From Pseudomonadota bacterium (GTDB lineage Bacteria > Pseudomonadota > Alphaproteobacteria > Acetobacterales > Acetobacteraceae), in assembly GCA_021801255.1 (NCBI GenBank), contig JAJYYH010000039.1, positions 2,914-66,913 of the forward strand: a stretch of DNA of 64,000 nucleotides. The letters are read 5' to 3'. Shown in pieces: positions 1 through 9,428 of the stretch. Each line of letters begins with the position of its first letter. Positions within the stretch are counted from its first letter, which is position 1. The notes under the pieces are model-generated. The model was not told where the DNA came from. It saw only the letters and a list, made by a program, of their open reading frames with translations, and ran no database searches. Position numbers and translations under genes: made by a program.

Positions 1-797
1 TGTCGATTCGCGATGGAGACGGCGGCAAGGTGCTGGTGCGCTGCCATGCCGGCTGCGACCAGAGGCAGGTAATCGCCGCCCTCCGCACGCGCGGCCTGTG
101 GTCGGAATGCGGGCGACGCCATGTTGGAAAATCAGCGCCACGTCCGGCCGCGACGAAACAACCGGATCAGGATGACGCCAAGCGGACCGAGGCGGCGGCC
201 ACCATCTGGCGGGCCACGATACCGGCGGCCGGCACACCGGTCCAATCCTATCTCGTGTCGCGTGGCCTGCATCTTCCACCACCGCCAGCCCTGCGCTTTC
301 ATGGCGGGCTGAGACATCCCTCGGGCGGCATCTGGCCGGCAATGGTCGCGCTGGTGACGCGCGGTGCCGACGACGCGCCGCTGGCGATCCACCGCACCTT
401 CCTCGCCCGTGACGGCGCCAGCAAGGCCCCTGCCGATCCGCAGAAGATGATGCTCGGCCCCTGCCGTCGTGGCGTCGTTCGCCTTGCCGCTCCTGCCGAG
501 GTACTGATGATCGGTGAGGGTATCGAGACCTGCCTCGCCGCCATGCAGGCGAGCGGCCATCCCGCCTGGGCGGCGCTCTCGACCTCCGGCCTGCGTGCCC
601 TCGATCTGCCGAAGGAGGTACGCGACGTGATCGTGCTGGCCGACGGCGACGAGCCCGGCGAGGCGGCGGCGCGGGACTGCGCCTGGCGGTGGAAGCGGGA
701 GGGACGGCGCGTGCGCATCGCCCGCCCACCGCAGGGAATGGATTTCAACGACATGCTGATGGGCCGCGCGCCCGCAATGCGGGAGGGCGCGCAATGA
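1..797 (+). CDS. Toprim-domain primase-like protein (5'-partial)
   Basis: The frame is open from nt 3. Cys/His cluster RCHAGCD; Toprim-type acidic motif VLADGDEPGEAAA. Stop TGA 795-797 overlaps the next start (ATGA). Confidence 0.7.
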   Translation, partial: SIRDGDGGKVLVRCHAGCDQRQVIAALRTRGLWSECGRRHVGKSAPRPAATKQPDQDDAKRTEAAATIWRATIPAAGTPVQSYLVSRGLHLPPPPALRFHGGLRHPSGGIWPAMVALVTRGADDAPLAIHRTFLARDGASKAPADPQKMMLGPCRRGVVRLAAPAEVLMIGEGIETCLAAMQASGHPAWAALSTSGLRALDLPKEVRDVIVLADGDEPGEAAARDCAWRWKREGRRVRIARPPQGMDFNDMLMGRAPAMREGAQ

Positions 798-2737
798 CCG
801 GCGACCACATGGACGAACCAGAAGACCTGATCGCGGCCACCATCGACACGGCCGAGGACATCCCCGATCCGTTGGATGGGTTGGTCGAGAAAACCGCGAA
901 CGATCCCGGCGCTCCGTTCGCGCCCGATGTCCTGGAACGGCTCGCCGCGTTGAAAAAGGATGACCGCTCGGCCTTCGAAGCGCTGCGGTCCCGATTGAAG
1001 AAGGCAGGCTGTCGGGTCACCGCCCTCGATGAAGCCATGGCCGACGAAAGCGGTGATGGCGGACGCAGCCCCTCCCAGGCCGACATCCTGATCGAACTGG
1101 CTGCGGCTGCCGATCTGTTCCATTCCCCGGACGGCACTGGCTTCGCCGACATCGATATCAATGGCCATCGTGAAACCTGGCCAATCCGCGCCAAGGGTTT
1201 TCGCCGCTGGCTGGCCCGTCGCTTCTTCGAGGCGACCGAGGGTGCGCCAAGTTCCGAGGCGCTGCAATCGGCCCTCAACGTGATTGAGGCCAAGGCCCAT
1301 TTCGACGGACCGGAACGCATCGTCCATGTCCGTGTCGGCGGGCTGGACGGTCGGCTTTACCTCGACCTTGGCGACGAGGCGTGGCGGGCGGTGGAGATCG
1401 ACACCACCGGCTGGCGGGTGATCGACAATCCCCCCGTTCGATTCCGCCGCGCCGCCGGAATGCAGCCCTTGCCGATGCCGGCGCCCGGCGGCTCCGTCGA
1501 TAGGCTGCGATCCTTCCTCAACGTCCAGTCCGATGCCGACTTCGTGCTGGTGGTCGCCTGGACGCTGGCCGTCTTGCGCAATCGCGGCCCCTATCCGGTA
1601 ATCGTGCTGTCAGGCGAGCAGGGATCAGCAAAATCCACCTTCTCGGCAATCCTGCGGGCGCTCCTCGATCCCAATACCGCGCCGCTGCGCGCCTTGCCGC
1701 GCGAGGATCGCGATCTGTTCATCGCCGCCAGCAACGGTCATGTGCTCGCCTTCGACAATGTGTCGGGCCTGCCGGCCTGGATTTCCGACACCCTGTGCCG
1801 GCTGGCCACCGGCGGCGGCTTCGCGGTGCGCCAATTGTACACCGACCACGACGAGGTGCTGTTCGACGCCGCCCGGCCGGTGATTCTGAACGGGATCGAG
1901 GATATCGTCACCCGTCCCGACTTGGCCGACCGGGCCGTCTTTCTGACCCTGGAACCGATCCCGGAGGAGCGCCGCCGTCCCGAGGCGGAATTGTGGGCCG
2001 CGTTCAATGCCGAACGCCCGCGCATTCTGGGCGTGCTGCTCGACGCGGTGGTGGTGGGGCTCCGTCGCCTGCCGGAAACCCGTTTGGAGAAGCTGCCCCG
2101 CATGGCCGATTTCGCACTGTGGGCGACGGCCTGCGAGACGGCGCTATGGTGCGCTGGCACCTTCTGGGCCGCCTATTGCGGCAACCGCGACGACGCGGTG
2201 GAGGGCGTGATCGACGCCGACCCGATCGCCGCCGCCGTACGCGCCATCATGCTGACGCGGACGGTGTGGACGGGAACCGCCTCCGATCTTCTGGGCGCCC
2301 TGGCTAGGGTGGCGGGCGAGCGCGTCGCCAAGTCCAAGACTTGGCCGGATAGCGCTCGGGCGCTGGCGGGCCGGCTGCGGCGGGCGGCAACTTTCCTGCG
2401 CAAGATCGGCATCGAGATCGGCTTCGGGCGCGAAGGACGGGCACGGACGCGCACGATCCACATCTCCACCATACCCGGCCAGTCCAAGCCGGAAGATGGC
2501 GGGGCGCAACCGTCCGCATCGTCCGCGTCCATGTCGAAGTCCAACCCGGCTAAGGGCTTCACGGCTCCCGATCTGCGGACGGTCGCCAACGATGCGGACG
2601 GTACGGGCCGCGCCTCGGTCCCAACCGTCCGCGCCAACCCGTTGAAATCCAATGCGGGAAGCGATGCGGACGGTGCGGACGCAAATCGCCCGTCTCAATC
2701 CGGGCAGGAAAAAGTGGGTTGGAGAGCCCGGCTATGA
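794..2737 (+). CDS. P-loop NTPase, SF3/D5-like helicase of phage/plasmid primase-helicase modules
   Basis: ATG 794 is coupled to the upstream stop. Walker A-like VLSGEQGSAKST, Walker B-like HVLAFDNVS, motif C-like VILNGIE. The first 35 codons of tracked ORF 689..2737 overlap the toprim gene and were discounted. Confidence 0.6.
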   Translation: MTGDHMDEPEDLIAATIDTAEDIPDPLDGLVEKTANDPGAPFAPDVLERLAALKKDDRSAFEALRSRLKKAGCRVTALDEAMADESGDGGRSPSQADILIELAAAADLFHSPDGTGFADIDINGHRETWPIRAKGFRRWLARRFFEATEGAPSSEALQSALNVIEAKAHFDGPERIVHVRVGGLDGRLYLDLGDEAWRAVEIDTTGWRVIDNPPVRFRRAAGMQPLPMPAPGGSVDRLRSFLNVQSDADFVLVVAWTLAVLRNRGPYPVIVLSGEQGSAKSTFSAILRALLDPNTAPLRALPREDRDLFIAASNGHVLAFDNVSGLPAWISDTLCRLATGGGFAVRQLYTDHDEVLFDAARPVILNGIEDIVTRPDLADRAVFLTLEPIPEERRRPEAELWAAFNAERPRILGVLLDAVVVGLRRLPETRLEKLPRMADFALWATACETALWCAGTFWAAYCGNRDDAVEGVIDADPIAAAVRAIMLTRTVWTGTASDLLGALARVAGERVAKSKTWPDSARALAGRLRRAATFLRKIGIEIGFGREGRARTRTIHISTIPGQSKPEDGGAQPSASSASMSKSNPAKGFTAPDLRTVANDADGTGRASVPTVRANPLKSNAGSDADGADANRPSQSGQEKVGWRARL

Positions 2738-3267
2738 GCGCGGCCGACGCCATCAAGGCGGCTCGCGCCGCCGGCATCGACCTGGAGATTGATGGCGACG
2801 ATCTGGTGCTGAACGCCACCATGCCGCCGCCCGCCGCCGTGCTCGACCTGCTATCGCGCCACAAGGTCGCCATCGTGGCCTTGCTGCGTCCGGCCAAGGA
2901 TGGATGGTCGGCCGACGACTGGCGGGTCTTCTTCGACGAGCGCGCCGGTATCGCCGAGTTCGATGGCGGGCTACCACGCGCGCAGACCGAGGTCCGCGCC
3001 TTCGCCTGCTGCGTCGCCGAGTGGCTCAACCGCAATCCTGTGCGGTCACCGCATGGGCGCTGCCTTGGATGCGGTGGCGGCGAACAGGCCCATGATCCGC
3101 TGCTGCCGTTTGGCACTGCAATCATCGGCCATGCCTGGTTGCATTCCGGATGCTGGGCAGCCTGGCATACCGCCCGGAAGGCCGAGGCCGTCACCGCGCT
3201 GGCGACGATGGGGATCGTGGCACCGGCCAACTTTCCAGACGATTTCGGAAAAAGCGGGGGCGTGTGA
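2734..3267 (+). CDS. Hypothetical protein (Cys/His-rich C-terminal half)
   Basis: ATG 2734 overlaps the upstream stop region (gene ends 2737). Coding-like composition; CLGCGGG...HAWLHSGCWAAWH cluster. Stop 3265-3267 overlaps the next ATG (TGATG). Confidence 0.55.
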   Translation: MSAADAIKAARAAGIDLEIDGDDLVLNATMPPPAAVLDLLSRHKVAIVALLRPAKDGWSADDWRVFFDERAGIAEFDGGLPRAQTEVRAFACCVAEWLNRNPVRSPHGRCLGCGGGEQAHDPLLPFGTAIIGHAWLHSGCWAAWHTARKAEAVTALATMGIVAPANFPDDFGKSGGV

Positions 3268-3914
3268 TGGGCGGATTCGGATCGGGACGGCCGAGCGGTT
3301 CGGGGCGCGACACGGTGGAAGGCAGCCGTTCGATTGATATCAACCGGCTGCACAAGGTGGGCTGCCTGGCTCCTGGATGGGCCGGCGGCTGGCAATGGAC
3401 CCGCGACGGCGAGAAGGTTGCCTCGATCAGCATGCGTGCCGAGGCCGACCGGCTGCATCTGTCCTATCGCGTGCGCATCGGCGGCGGCGAATGGGAAGAC
3501 GTGGCCGAGACCGTCCGCATCGTCCGCGTCGCCTGCCGGCTCGGCGGAACGCGGCCCTATTTCATCTGCCCTGGCGTGGTCAACGGCATCCCCTGCGGCT
3601 GGCGCGTCGCCAAGCTGCACGGTCCTGGGCGCTATTTCCTGTGCCGCCATTGCTATCGGTTGGCCCATGCCAGTCAGAGCGAGGGCGCTTTGGACCGGAT
3701 GCACCGGCGAGCCCACAAACTCAAGCAGCGGCTCGGCGGCGACCCCGGCACGAATTTTTTCTTCCCCCAACGGCCCAAGGGCATGTGGCGGCGCACCTAC
3801 GAGCGCCTGCGCGAACAAGCCTCCGAGGCCGAGATGCTGGCCGATAAAGCCTTTGAAATCGAGGCGGCGCGGCTGCTGGCACGGATCGACAATCGGAAAT
3901 GGAGAAGGAGATAA
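3267..3914 (+). CDS. Hypothetical protein with zinc-ribbon-like motif
   Basis: Starts MGGFGSGRPSG at ATG 3267. CPGVVNGIPCGW...CRHC four-Cys arrangement. Same-strand tight packing. Confidence 0.55.
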   Translation: MGGFGSGRPSGSGRDTVEGSRSIDINRLHKVGCLAPGWAGGWQWTRDGEKVASISMRAEADRLHLSYRVRIGGGEWEDVAETVRIVRVACRLGGTRPYFICPGVVNGIPCGWRVAKLHGPGRYFLCRHCYRLAHASQSEGALDRMHRRAHKLKQRLGGDPGTNFFFPQRPKGMWRRTYERLREQASEAEMLADKAFEIEAARLLARIDNRKWRRR

Positions 3915-3919
3915 CAGCG

Positions 3920-4729
3920 ATGATCGAGAGCAAGACCACCCTGCCGGCGGAGGCTGGCGGCATCGAGATCACGCGCTTCAACGCGCTGCGCCACGGTATC
4001 CTGTCCCGGTACACGATACTGCCGTGGGAGGATGCCGGCGAATACCGGGCGCTTGTCTCGGCGCTGGTGGCGGAGCATCGGCCACTGGGACCGACCGAGG
4101 AACATCTGGTCGAGGAACTGGCCGGCATTCTGTGGCGCAAGCGCCGCTTGCGGTTGGCCGAGGCTGCCGCCCACCGGCGCGGTCTCAACGGCACGCTGGC
4201 CTCGTACCGGGAGACGGTGAAGATGGCGCTGGTCCATCTCGACGCCGCCGACCAGACCGTGCGGGTGATCGATGCCATCCGCGCCACCGATGCCGACACC
4301 GACGACGACATCCGGGATATTCTTGACGGCAAAGCGATGGTCCGTCGTGCCCTCGACCTGCTCGGCTCCCGGCGCAACGACGCCTATGAAGCCGCGCTGG
4401 CAGCGCTCCGAGAGGACACGCAAGCTTGGTGGGCGGACGTGCTGGCGCACGCTCCCGGCGAGCAGACGGAGGACGAACCGCCCGCCACGGCCGACGCAGA
4501 GGGGTTGCGCCGCTTCTTGGAAGGCGAGGTGCTGCCCTGGCTGGAGACTCGCAAGAAGGAACTGGCGAATCGGCCGCTGATCCGCGAGCAGGCGTTCGGC
4601 GAGGCGCTGGACCCCGACAAGCTGGAACGGCTGGGCCGCTACGAGGTGCATCTCGACCGCAAACTGGAACGGATGCTCGCCATGCTGCTGCGCCTCAAGG
4701 ACCTGCGGCAAGCGACGGTTGAACCCTGA
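3920..4729 (+). CDS. Hypothetical protein (helical, acidic)
   Basis: ATG 3920 is preceded by AAGGAGA 7 nt upstream. An alternative ATG at 3899 would overlap the previous gene. Confidence 0.5.
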   Translation: MIESKTTLPAEAGGIEITRFNALRHGILSRYTILPWEDAGEYRALVSALVAEHRPLGPTEEHLVEELAGILWRKRRLRLAEAAAHRRGLNGTLASYRETVKMALVHLDAADQTVRVIDAIRATDADTDDDIRDILDGKAMVRRALDLLGSRRNDAYEAALAALREDTQAWWADVLAHAPGEQTEDEPPATADAEGLRRFLEGEVLPWLETRKKELANRPLIREQAFGEALDPDKLERLGRYEVHLDRKLERMLAMLLRLKDLRQATVEP

Positions 4730-4830
4730 TCCGTTTGGCAAAATAGGCGACCAGTGGCAGGGCGATTGAGTACGCCATTGCCTATCCGGCCAGATTGGCC
4801 AAAACTCGCCACATGCGGCGCGAGGACCAG

Positions 4831-5049
4831 ATGAGAACTCTGGCGGCAACAGACGCCAAGTACGGCTTCGGCCGGCTGATTGATCTAGCCCGCACGGCGC
4901 CGGTGATGGTCGCCAAGCATGGGCGTCCCGTCGTCGTGGTGATGGCGGTCGAGGAGTTCGAGCGGCTGACGGCGCGGGACGCGCCCGTGACTGCCGCCGG
5001 TGAGGCATACGGCGGACATACGAACGGGTCGGAACTGGCGGACGACTGA
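4831..5049 (+). CDS. Phd/YefM-family type II antitoxin (orphan, no cognate toxin downstream)
   Basis: MRTLAATDAKYGFGRLIDLARTAPVMVAKHGRPVVVVMAVEEFERL matches the Phd/YefM N-terminal fold signature. The next gene, hsdR, starts 6 nt after the stop. The start could also be 4795 or 4813. Confidence 0.7.
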   Translation: MRTLAATDAKYGFGRLIDLARTAPVMVAKHGRPVVVVMAVEEFERLTARDAPVTAAGEAYGGHTNGSELADD

Positions 5050-5054
5050 CCGGC

Positions 5055-7502
5055 ATGGACAAGCGCGCCCTCAGCGAGCGGGACATCTGCACCAAGTTCA
5101 TCACGCCCGCCTTACAGCAGGCGGGCTGGGATGAAATGGCGCAAATCCGAGAGGAAGTGAGTTTCACCAAGGGCCGCATCATCGTGCGCGGGAAGCTGGT
5201 CACACGCGGCCAGGCCAAGCGCGCCGACTACATCCTCTATTTCAGGCCCAACATTCCGCTGGCGCTGATCGAGGCGAAGGACAATACCCACAGCGTCGGC
5301 GACGGCATGCAGCAGGGGCTTGAATACGCCACGACCCTCGACATCCCCTTCGTGTTCTCGTCCAACGGCGACGGGTTTGTGTTCCATGACCGCACCGGCG
5401 CGGGCGGCGCGACCGAGACGAACCTCGCGCTCGACACCTTTCCCTCGCCAGCCGATCTCTGGGGACGCTATCGCGCATGGAAGGGGCTTACAGCCGAAGG
5501 CGAGCAGATCGTCCTTCAGGACTATTTCGACGACGGCAGCAGCAAGGCCCCGCGCTATTACCAGGTCAACGCCGTCAACGCGGCGATCGAGGCCATCGCT
5601 AAGGGCCGCGACCGCATCCTGCTGGTCATGGCGACCGGCACAGGCAAGACCTACACCGCCTTTCAGATCATCTGGCGGCTGTGGAAGGCCGGGCGCAAGA
5701 AGCGCATTCTTTTCCTGGCCGACCGCAACGTGCTGATCGACCAGACGATGGTCAACGACTTCCGGCCGTTCGGCTCGGCGATGGCGAAGCTGTCCACCAA
5801 CGCCAAGACCATCGGGCGCGACGACGGGAGCAGCATCGAACTGACCACGGCCATTGATAAGAAGCGCCGCATCGACACGGCCTACGAGGTCTATCTCGGC
5901 CTCTATCAGGCGATCACCGGCCCGGAGGAACGGCAAAAGCTGTTCCGCGAGTTCTCGCCCGGTTTCTTCGACCTGATCGTGATCGACGAGTGCCATCGGG
6001 GCAGCGCCGCCGAGGATTCGGCGTGGCGCGAAATCCTCGACTATTTCTCGTCTGCCACCCAGATCGGCATGACCGCTACGCCGAAGGAGACGAAATACGT
6101 CTCCAATATCGCGTATTTCGGCGAGCCGGTTTACACCTATTCCCTGAAGCAAGGCATCCACGATGGCTTCCTCGCGCCCTACAAGGTGGTCAAGGTCCAT
6201 ATCGACCGTGACGTGGAGGGCTACCGGCCCGAGAAAGGCCAGCTCGACCGCGAAGGCGAGGAGGTGGAGGACCGCATCTACAACACCAAGGACTTCGACC
6301 GCACGCTGGTGCTGGACGATCGCACCAAGCTGGTCGCGAGCAAGGTCACGGAGTTCCTGAAGGAGAGCGGCGACCGGTTCCAGAAAACCATCGTCTTCTG
6401 CGTCGATCAGGAACACGCGGCCCGGATGCGGCAGGCACTCGTCAATGAGAACGCCGATCTTGTCGCCGAGAATCACCGCTACGTCATGCGCATCACCGGC
6501 GGTGACCCCGAAGGCCAGGCCGAACTGGACAACTTCATCGACCCCGAATCCCGGTACCCCGTCCTCGTCACCACCTCGCGCCTCTTGTCCACTGGCGTCG
6601 ATGTGCAAACCTGCCGGCTGATCGTGCTCGACCGCGAGGTCGGCTCGATGACCGAGTTCAAGCAGATCGTCGGGCGTGGCACCCGCGTCCACGAGGACAC
6701 CCGGAAATTCTACTTCACCCTGATCGACTTCCGGGGCGCCACCAGCCATTTCGCCGACCCCGAGTTCGACGGCGAACCGGTGCAGATTTACGAGCCGGGA
6801 GAGGACGATCCCATTACCCCGCCCGATGTACCGCCGACCGGCGAAGATGGCGAGACGCTGCCGCAACGGCCCGGGGATGACGAAACCACCGTCGATGGGC
6901 CACCCGATGTCACCTTCCCGCCGGTCGGCGGCAAGGTAAAGAAGATTTATGTCGATGGCGTCGGGGCCACCATCATCGCGGAACGGGTGGAGTACCTCGA
7001 TGAGGACGGCAGGCTCGTCACCGAGTCGCTGCGCGATTTCACGAAGAAGGCGCTGAAGAAGCGTTTCGCCAGCCTCGACAACTTCCTGAAGCGCTGGAAG
7101 GCGGCGGAGCGCAAGCAAGCGATCGTGGAGGAGTTGGAGGCCGAGGGTCTGCCGCTCGATCTCGTGGCCGAGGAACTGGGCAAGGACCTCGATCCGTTCG
7201 ATCTGATCTGCCATGTCGCCTTTGACCAGAAGCCGCTCACCCGCCGCGAACGGGCGGAAAACGTAAGAAAGCGTGACGTTTTCACCAAATACGGCGATCA
7301 GGCCCGCGCCGTGCTCGACGCGCTGCTCGCGAAATATGCCGATGAGGGCGTGCTCGACCTCGACGACAGCAGTATGCTGAAGATCGCCCCGTTCAACCGG
7401 ATGGGCAGCGTTGTCGAACTCATCAGGGCATTCGGCGGGAAAGACGGCTTCGAGCAGGCTATCCACGAATTGCAATCAGCCCTTTATCAGGAATCCGCGT
7501 AA
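5055..7502 (+). CDS. hsdR: Type I restriction enzyme R subunit
   Basis: N-terminal ICTKFITPALQQAGWD nuclease-region signature; Walker A MATGTGKT; DEAH box VIDECHRG; motif VI QIVGRGTR. 815 aa. Confidence 0.95.
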   Translation: MDKRALSERDICTKFITPALQQAGWDEMAQIREEVSFTKGRIIVRGKLVTRGQAKRADYILYFRPNIPLALIEAKDNTHSVGDGMQQGLEYATTLDIPFVFSSNGDGFVFHDRTGAGGATETNLALDTFPSPADLWGRYRAWKGLTAEGEQIVLQDYFDDGSSKAPRYYQVNAVNAAIEAIAKGRDRILLVMATGTGKTYTAFQIIWRLWKAGRKKRILFLADRNVLIDQTMVNDFRPFGSAMAKLSTNAKTIGRDDGSSIELTTAIDKKRRIDTAYEVYLGLYQAITGPEERQKLFREFSPGFFDLIVIDECHRGSAAEDSAWREILDYFSSATQIGMTATPKETKYVSNIAYFGEPVYTYSLKQGIHDGFLAPYKVVKVHIDRDVEGYRPEKGQLDREGEEVEDRIYNTKDFDRTLVLDDRTKLVASKVTEFLKESGDRFQKTIVFCVDQEHAARMRQALVNENADLVAENHRYVMRITGGDPEGQAELDNFIDPESRYPVLVTTSRLLSTGVDVQTCRLIVLDREVGSMTEFKQIVGRGTRVHEDTRKFYFTLIDFRGATSHFADPEFDGEPVQIYEPGEDDPITPPDVPPTGEDGETLPQRPGDDETTVDGPPDVTFPPVGGKVKKIYVDGVGATIIAERVEYLDEDGRLVTESLRDFTKKALKKRFASLDNFLKRWKAAERKQAIVEELEAEGLPLDLVAEELGKDLDPFDLICHVAFDQKPLTRRERAENVRKRDVFTKYGDQARAVLDALLAKYADEGVLDLDDSSMLKIAPFNRMGSVVELIRAFGGKDGFEQAIHELQSALYQESA

Positions 7503-7506
7503 GCCC

Positions 7507-8963
7507 ATGTCTGTCCGCACCACCGTCAAATCGATCCAGGATATCATGCGCCAGGATACCGGCGTCGATGGCGATGCCCAGCGCATCAGCCAATTGTGCT
7601 GGATGTTCTTCCTGAAAATCATCGACGATCAGGATCAGGAACTCGAACTCCTCGACCGCAATTACCGCTCGCCGATTCCGGTGGAATACCAGTGGCGCAC
7701 CTGGGCGGCGAACCGCGAGGGGATCACGGGTGAGGAACTCATTGCCTTCGTCAACGGCGAGTTGTTTCCGGCGCTCAAAAACCTTTCAGTCTCGCCCAAG
7801 CCCGGCGACCGCCGCCGTGTCGTGCGCGACGTGTTCGAGGATGCCTACAACTACATGAAATCCGGCCAACTCATGCGGCAGGTGGTGAACCGGATCGATG
7901 ATGTCGATTTCAACAACCTCGTTGAACGCCAGCATTTCGGCGACATCTATGAGCAGATTCTCAATGATCTGCAATCAGCCGGCAACGCGGGCGAGTACTA
8001 CACGCCGCGCGCTGTCACAGCTTTCATGGCCGACCGGATCGACCCGCACCCCGGGGAACTTCTGCTCGATCCCGCCTGCGGCACCGGCGGCTTCCTGACC
8101 AGCGCCATCCGCCACATGCGCGACCGCTACGTGAAGCGGCCCGAGGACGAGCAGAAGATGCAGGCCGCGTTGCGCGCGGTCGAGAAGAAGCAGCTTCCGC
8201 ACATGCTCTGCGTCACCAACATGCTGTTGTACGGCATCGAGGACCCCGGCTTCGTCCGCCACGACAACACGCTGGCGCGCCCCTATATCAGTTATACGCA
8301 GTCCGACCGGGTGGACATCGTGCTGACCAATCCGCCCTTCGGCGGGCGCGAGGAAGACGGGATCGAGTCCAACTTCCCGCAGCATTTCCGCACGCGGGAG
8401 ACCGCGGACCTGTTCCTCGCCCTCATCATCCGGCTGCTGAAGCCGGGCGGGCGCGCCGCCGTGGTGCTGCCGGACGGCACGCTGTTCGGCGAGGGCGTCA
8501 AGACCCGGCTCAAGGAACATCTGATGGAGGAATGCAACCTCCACACCATCGTCCGCCTGCCCAATTCCGTCTTCCGGCCCTATGCCTCGATCGGCACCAA
8601 CCTGCTGTTCTTCGAGAAGGGCACGCCGACCAAGGACATCTGGTTCTACGAGCACCGGGTGCCGGAAGGCCAGAAAGCCTATTCGATGACCAGGCCGATC
8701 CGCCTGGAGCATCTGCAAGGCTGCATCGACTGGTGGGGCGGCAAGGCTCGGAAGGGCCGCGAGGAAACCCCGCAAGCCTGGAAAGTGACGGCCGATGAGG
8801 TGAAGGCGCGCGGCTACAACCTTGACATCAAGAACCCGCATAGCGTGGCGGATGACCACGGCGACCCCGAGGCGCTGCTCGCAGCCTCAACGCCGCCGAG
8901 GCCGAGACGGCGAGCTTGCGCGAGCAACTCAAGACGATCCTTGCCGAGGCGCTGCCGCGATGA
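7507..8963 (+). CDS. hsdM: Type I R-M DNA methyltransferase M subunit, apparent frameshift near 8881-8886
   Basis: AdoMet motif LDPACGTGGF and catalytic motif NPPFGG. After ...GDPEALLA the start frame turns into Arg/Ser/Pro-rich junk that runs to 9309. The frame offset by 2 nt reads SLNAAEAETASLREQLKTILAEALPR-stop (TGA 8961-8963), a typical HsdM C-terminal helix. Confidence 0.85.
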
Positions 8964-9011
8964 CATCCATGACACGGGTGGACAAACGCCCGCTCATGCC
9001 CGGAGGCCGCC

Positions 9012-9428
9012 ATGCATCCCGCCATTGCTGAAAAGCGCGAGACGTTGGCCGCACTCTGCCGCCGCTACGGCGTGGTTCGCCTGGAGGTATTCGGCTCGGC
9101 CGCGCGTGGCACGGATTTCGACCCCGCAAGCAGCGACGCGGATTTCCTCGTCGAGTTCGACAAGGCCGGCGGCCTATCTCCGCTCGACCAGTTCTTCGGC
9201 CTCGCCGAGGCGCTGGAAACGCTGCTCGGCCGCCCGGTCGATCTCGTCGAACCATCGGCCATCAGGAACCCCTATCTTCGCGCCGCGATCAACCGGTCGA
9301 GAGAGTTGATCCACGGCTATGCGACTGTCGATCATCCCCAGGTATGGCGGATCGTGCGGGAGTCGCTTCCCGGCCGTCGCGAGACGGTTGCCGCCCTCTT
9401 GGCCGAAATGGGCCCGCCCGACCCATGA
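9012..9428 (+). CDS. MntA-like nucleotidyltransferase antitoxin fused in frame to the C-terminal ~40 aa of a HepT (DUF86/HEPN) toxin
   Basis: NTase motifs FGSAARGT...DADFLVEF in residues 1-~95. The tail is SRELIHGYATVDHPQVWRIVRESLPGRRETVAALLAEMG, which matches the HEPN R-x(4-6)-H..Y end of DUF86 proteins. The remaining ~80-100 aa of a HEPN domain is absent. The stop overlaps the hsdS start (ATGA). Confidence 0.75.
   Translation: MHPAIAEKRETLAALCRRYGVVRLEVFGSAARGTDFDPASSDADFLVEFDKAGGLSPLDQFFGLAEALETLLGRPVDLVEPSAIRNPYLRAAINRSRELIHGYATVDHPQVWRIVRESLPGRRETVAALLAEMGPPDP

Noticed and set aside
5112-7475. 787-aa minus-strand ORF
   Set aside because: It is exactly antisense to hsdR, which has unambiguous helicase/nuclease motifs. 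Its composition is Arg/Gly/Ala-rich, typical of a high-GC shadow frame.
7411-9309. 632-aa ORF as an intact, long HsdM
   Set aside because: The N-terminal 32 codons overlap the hsdR end. The C-terminal 142 codons are Arg/Ser/Pro-rich and run through the mntA gene. A shifted frame restores a canonical HsdM end at 8963.
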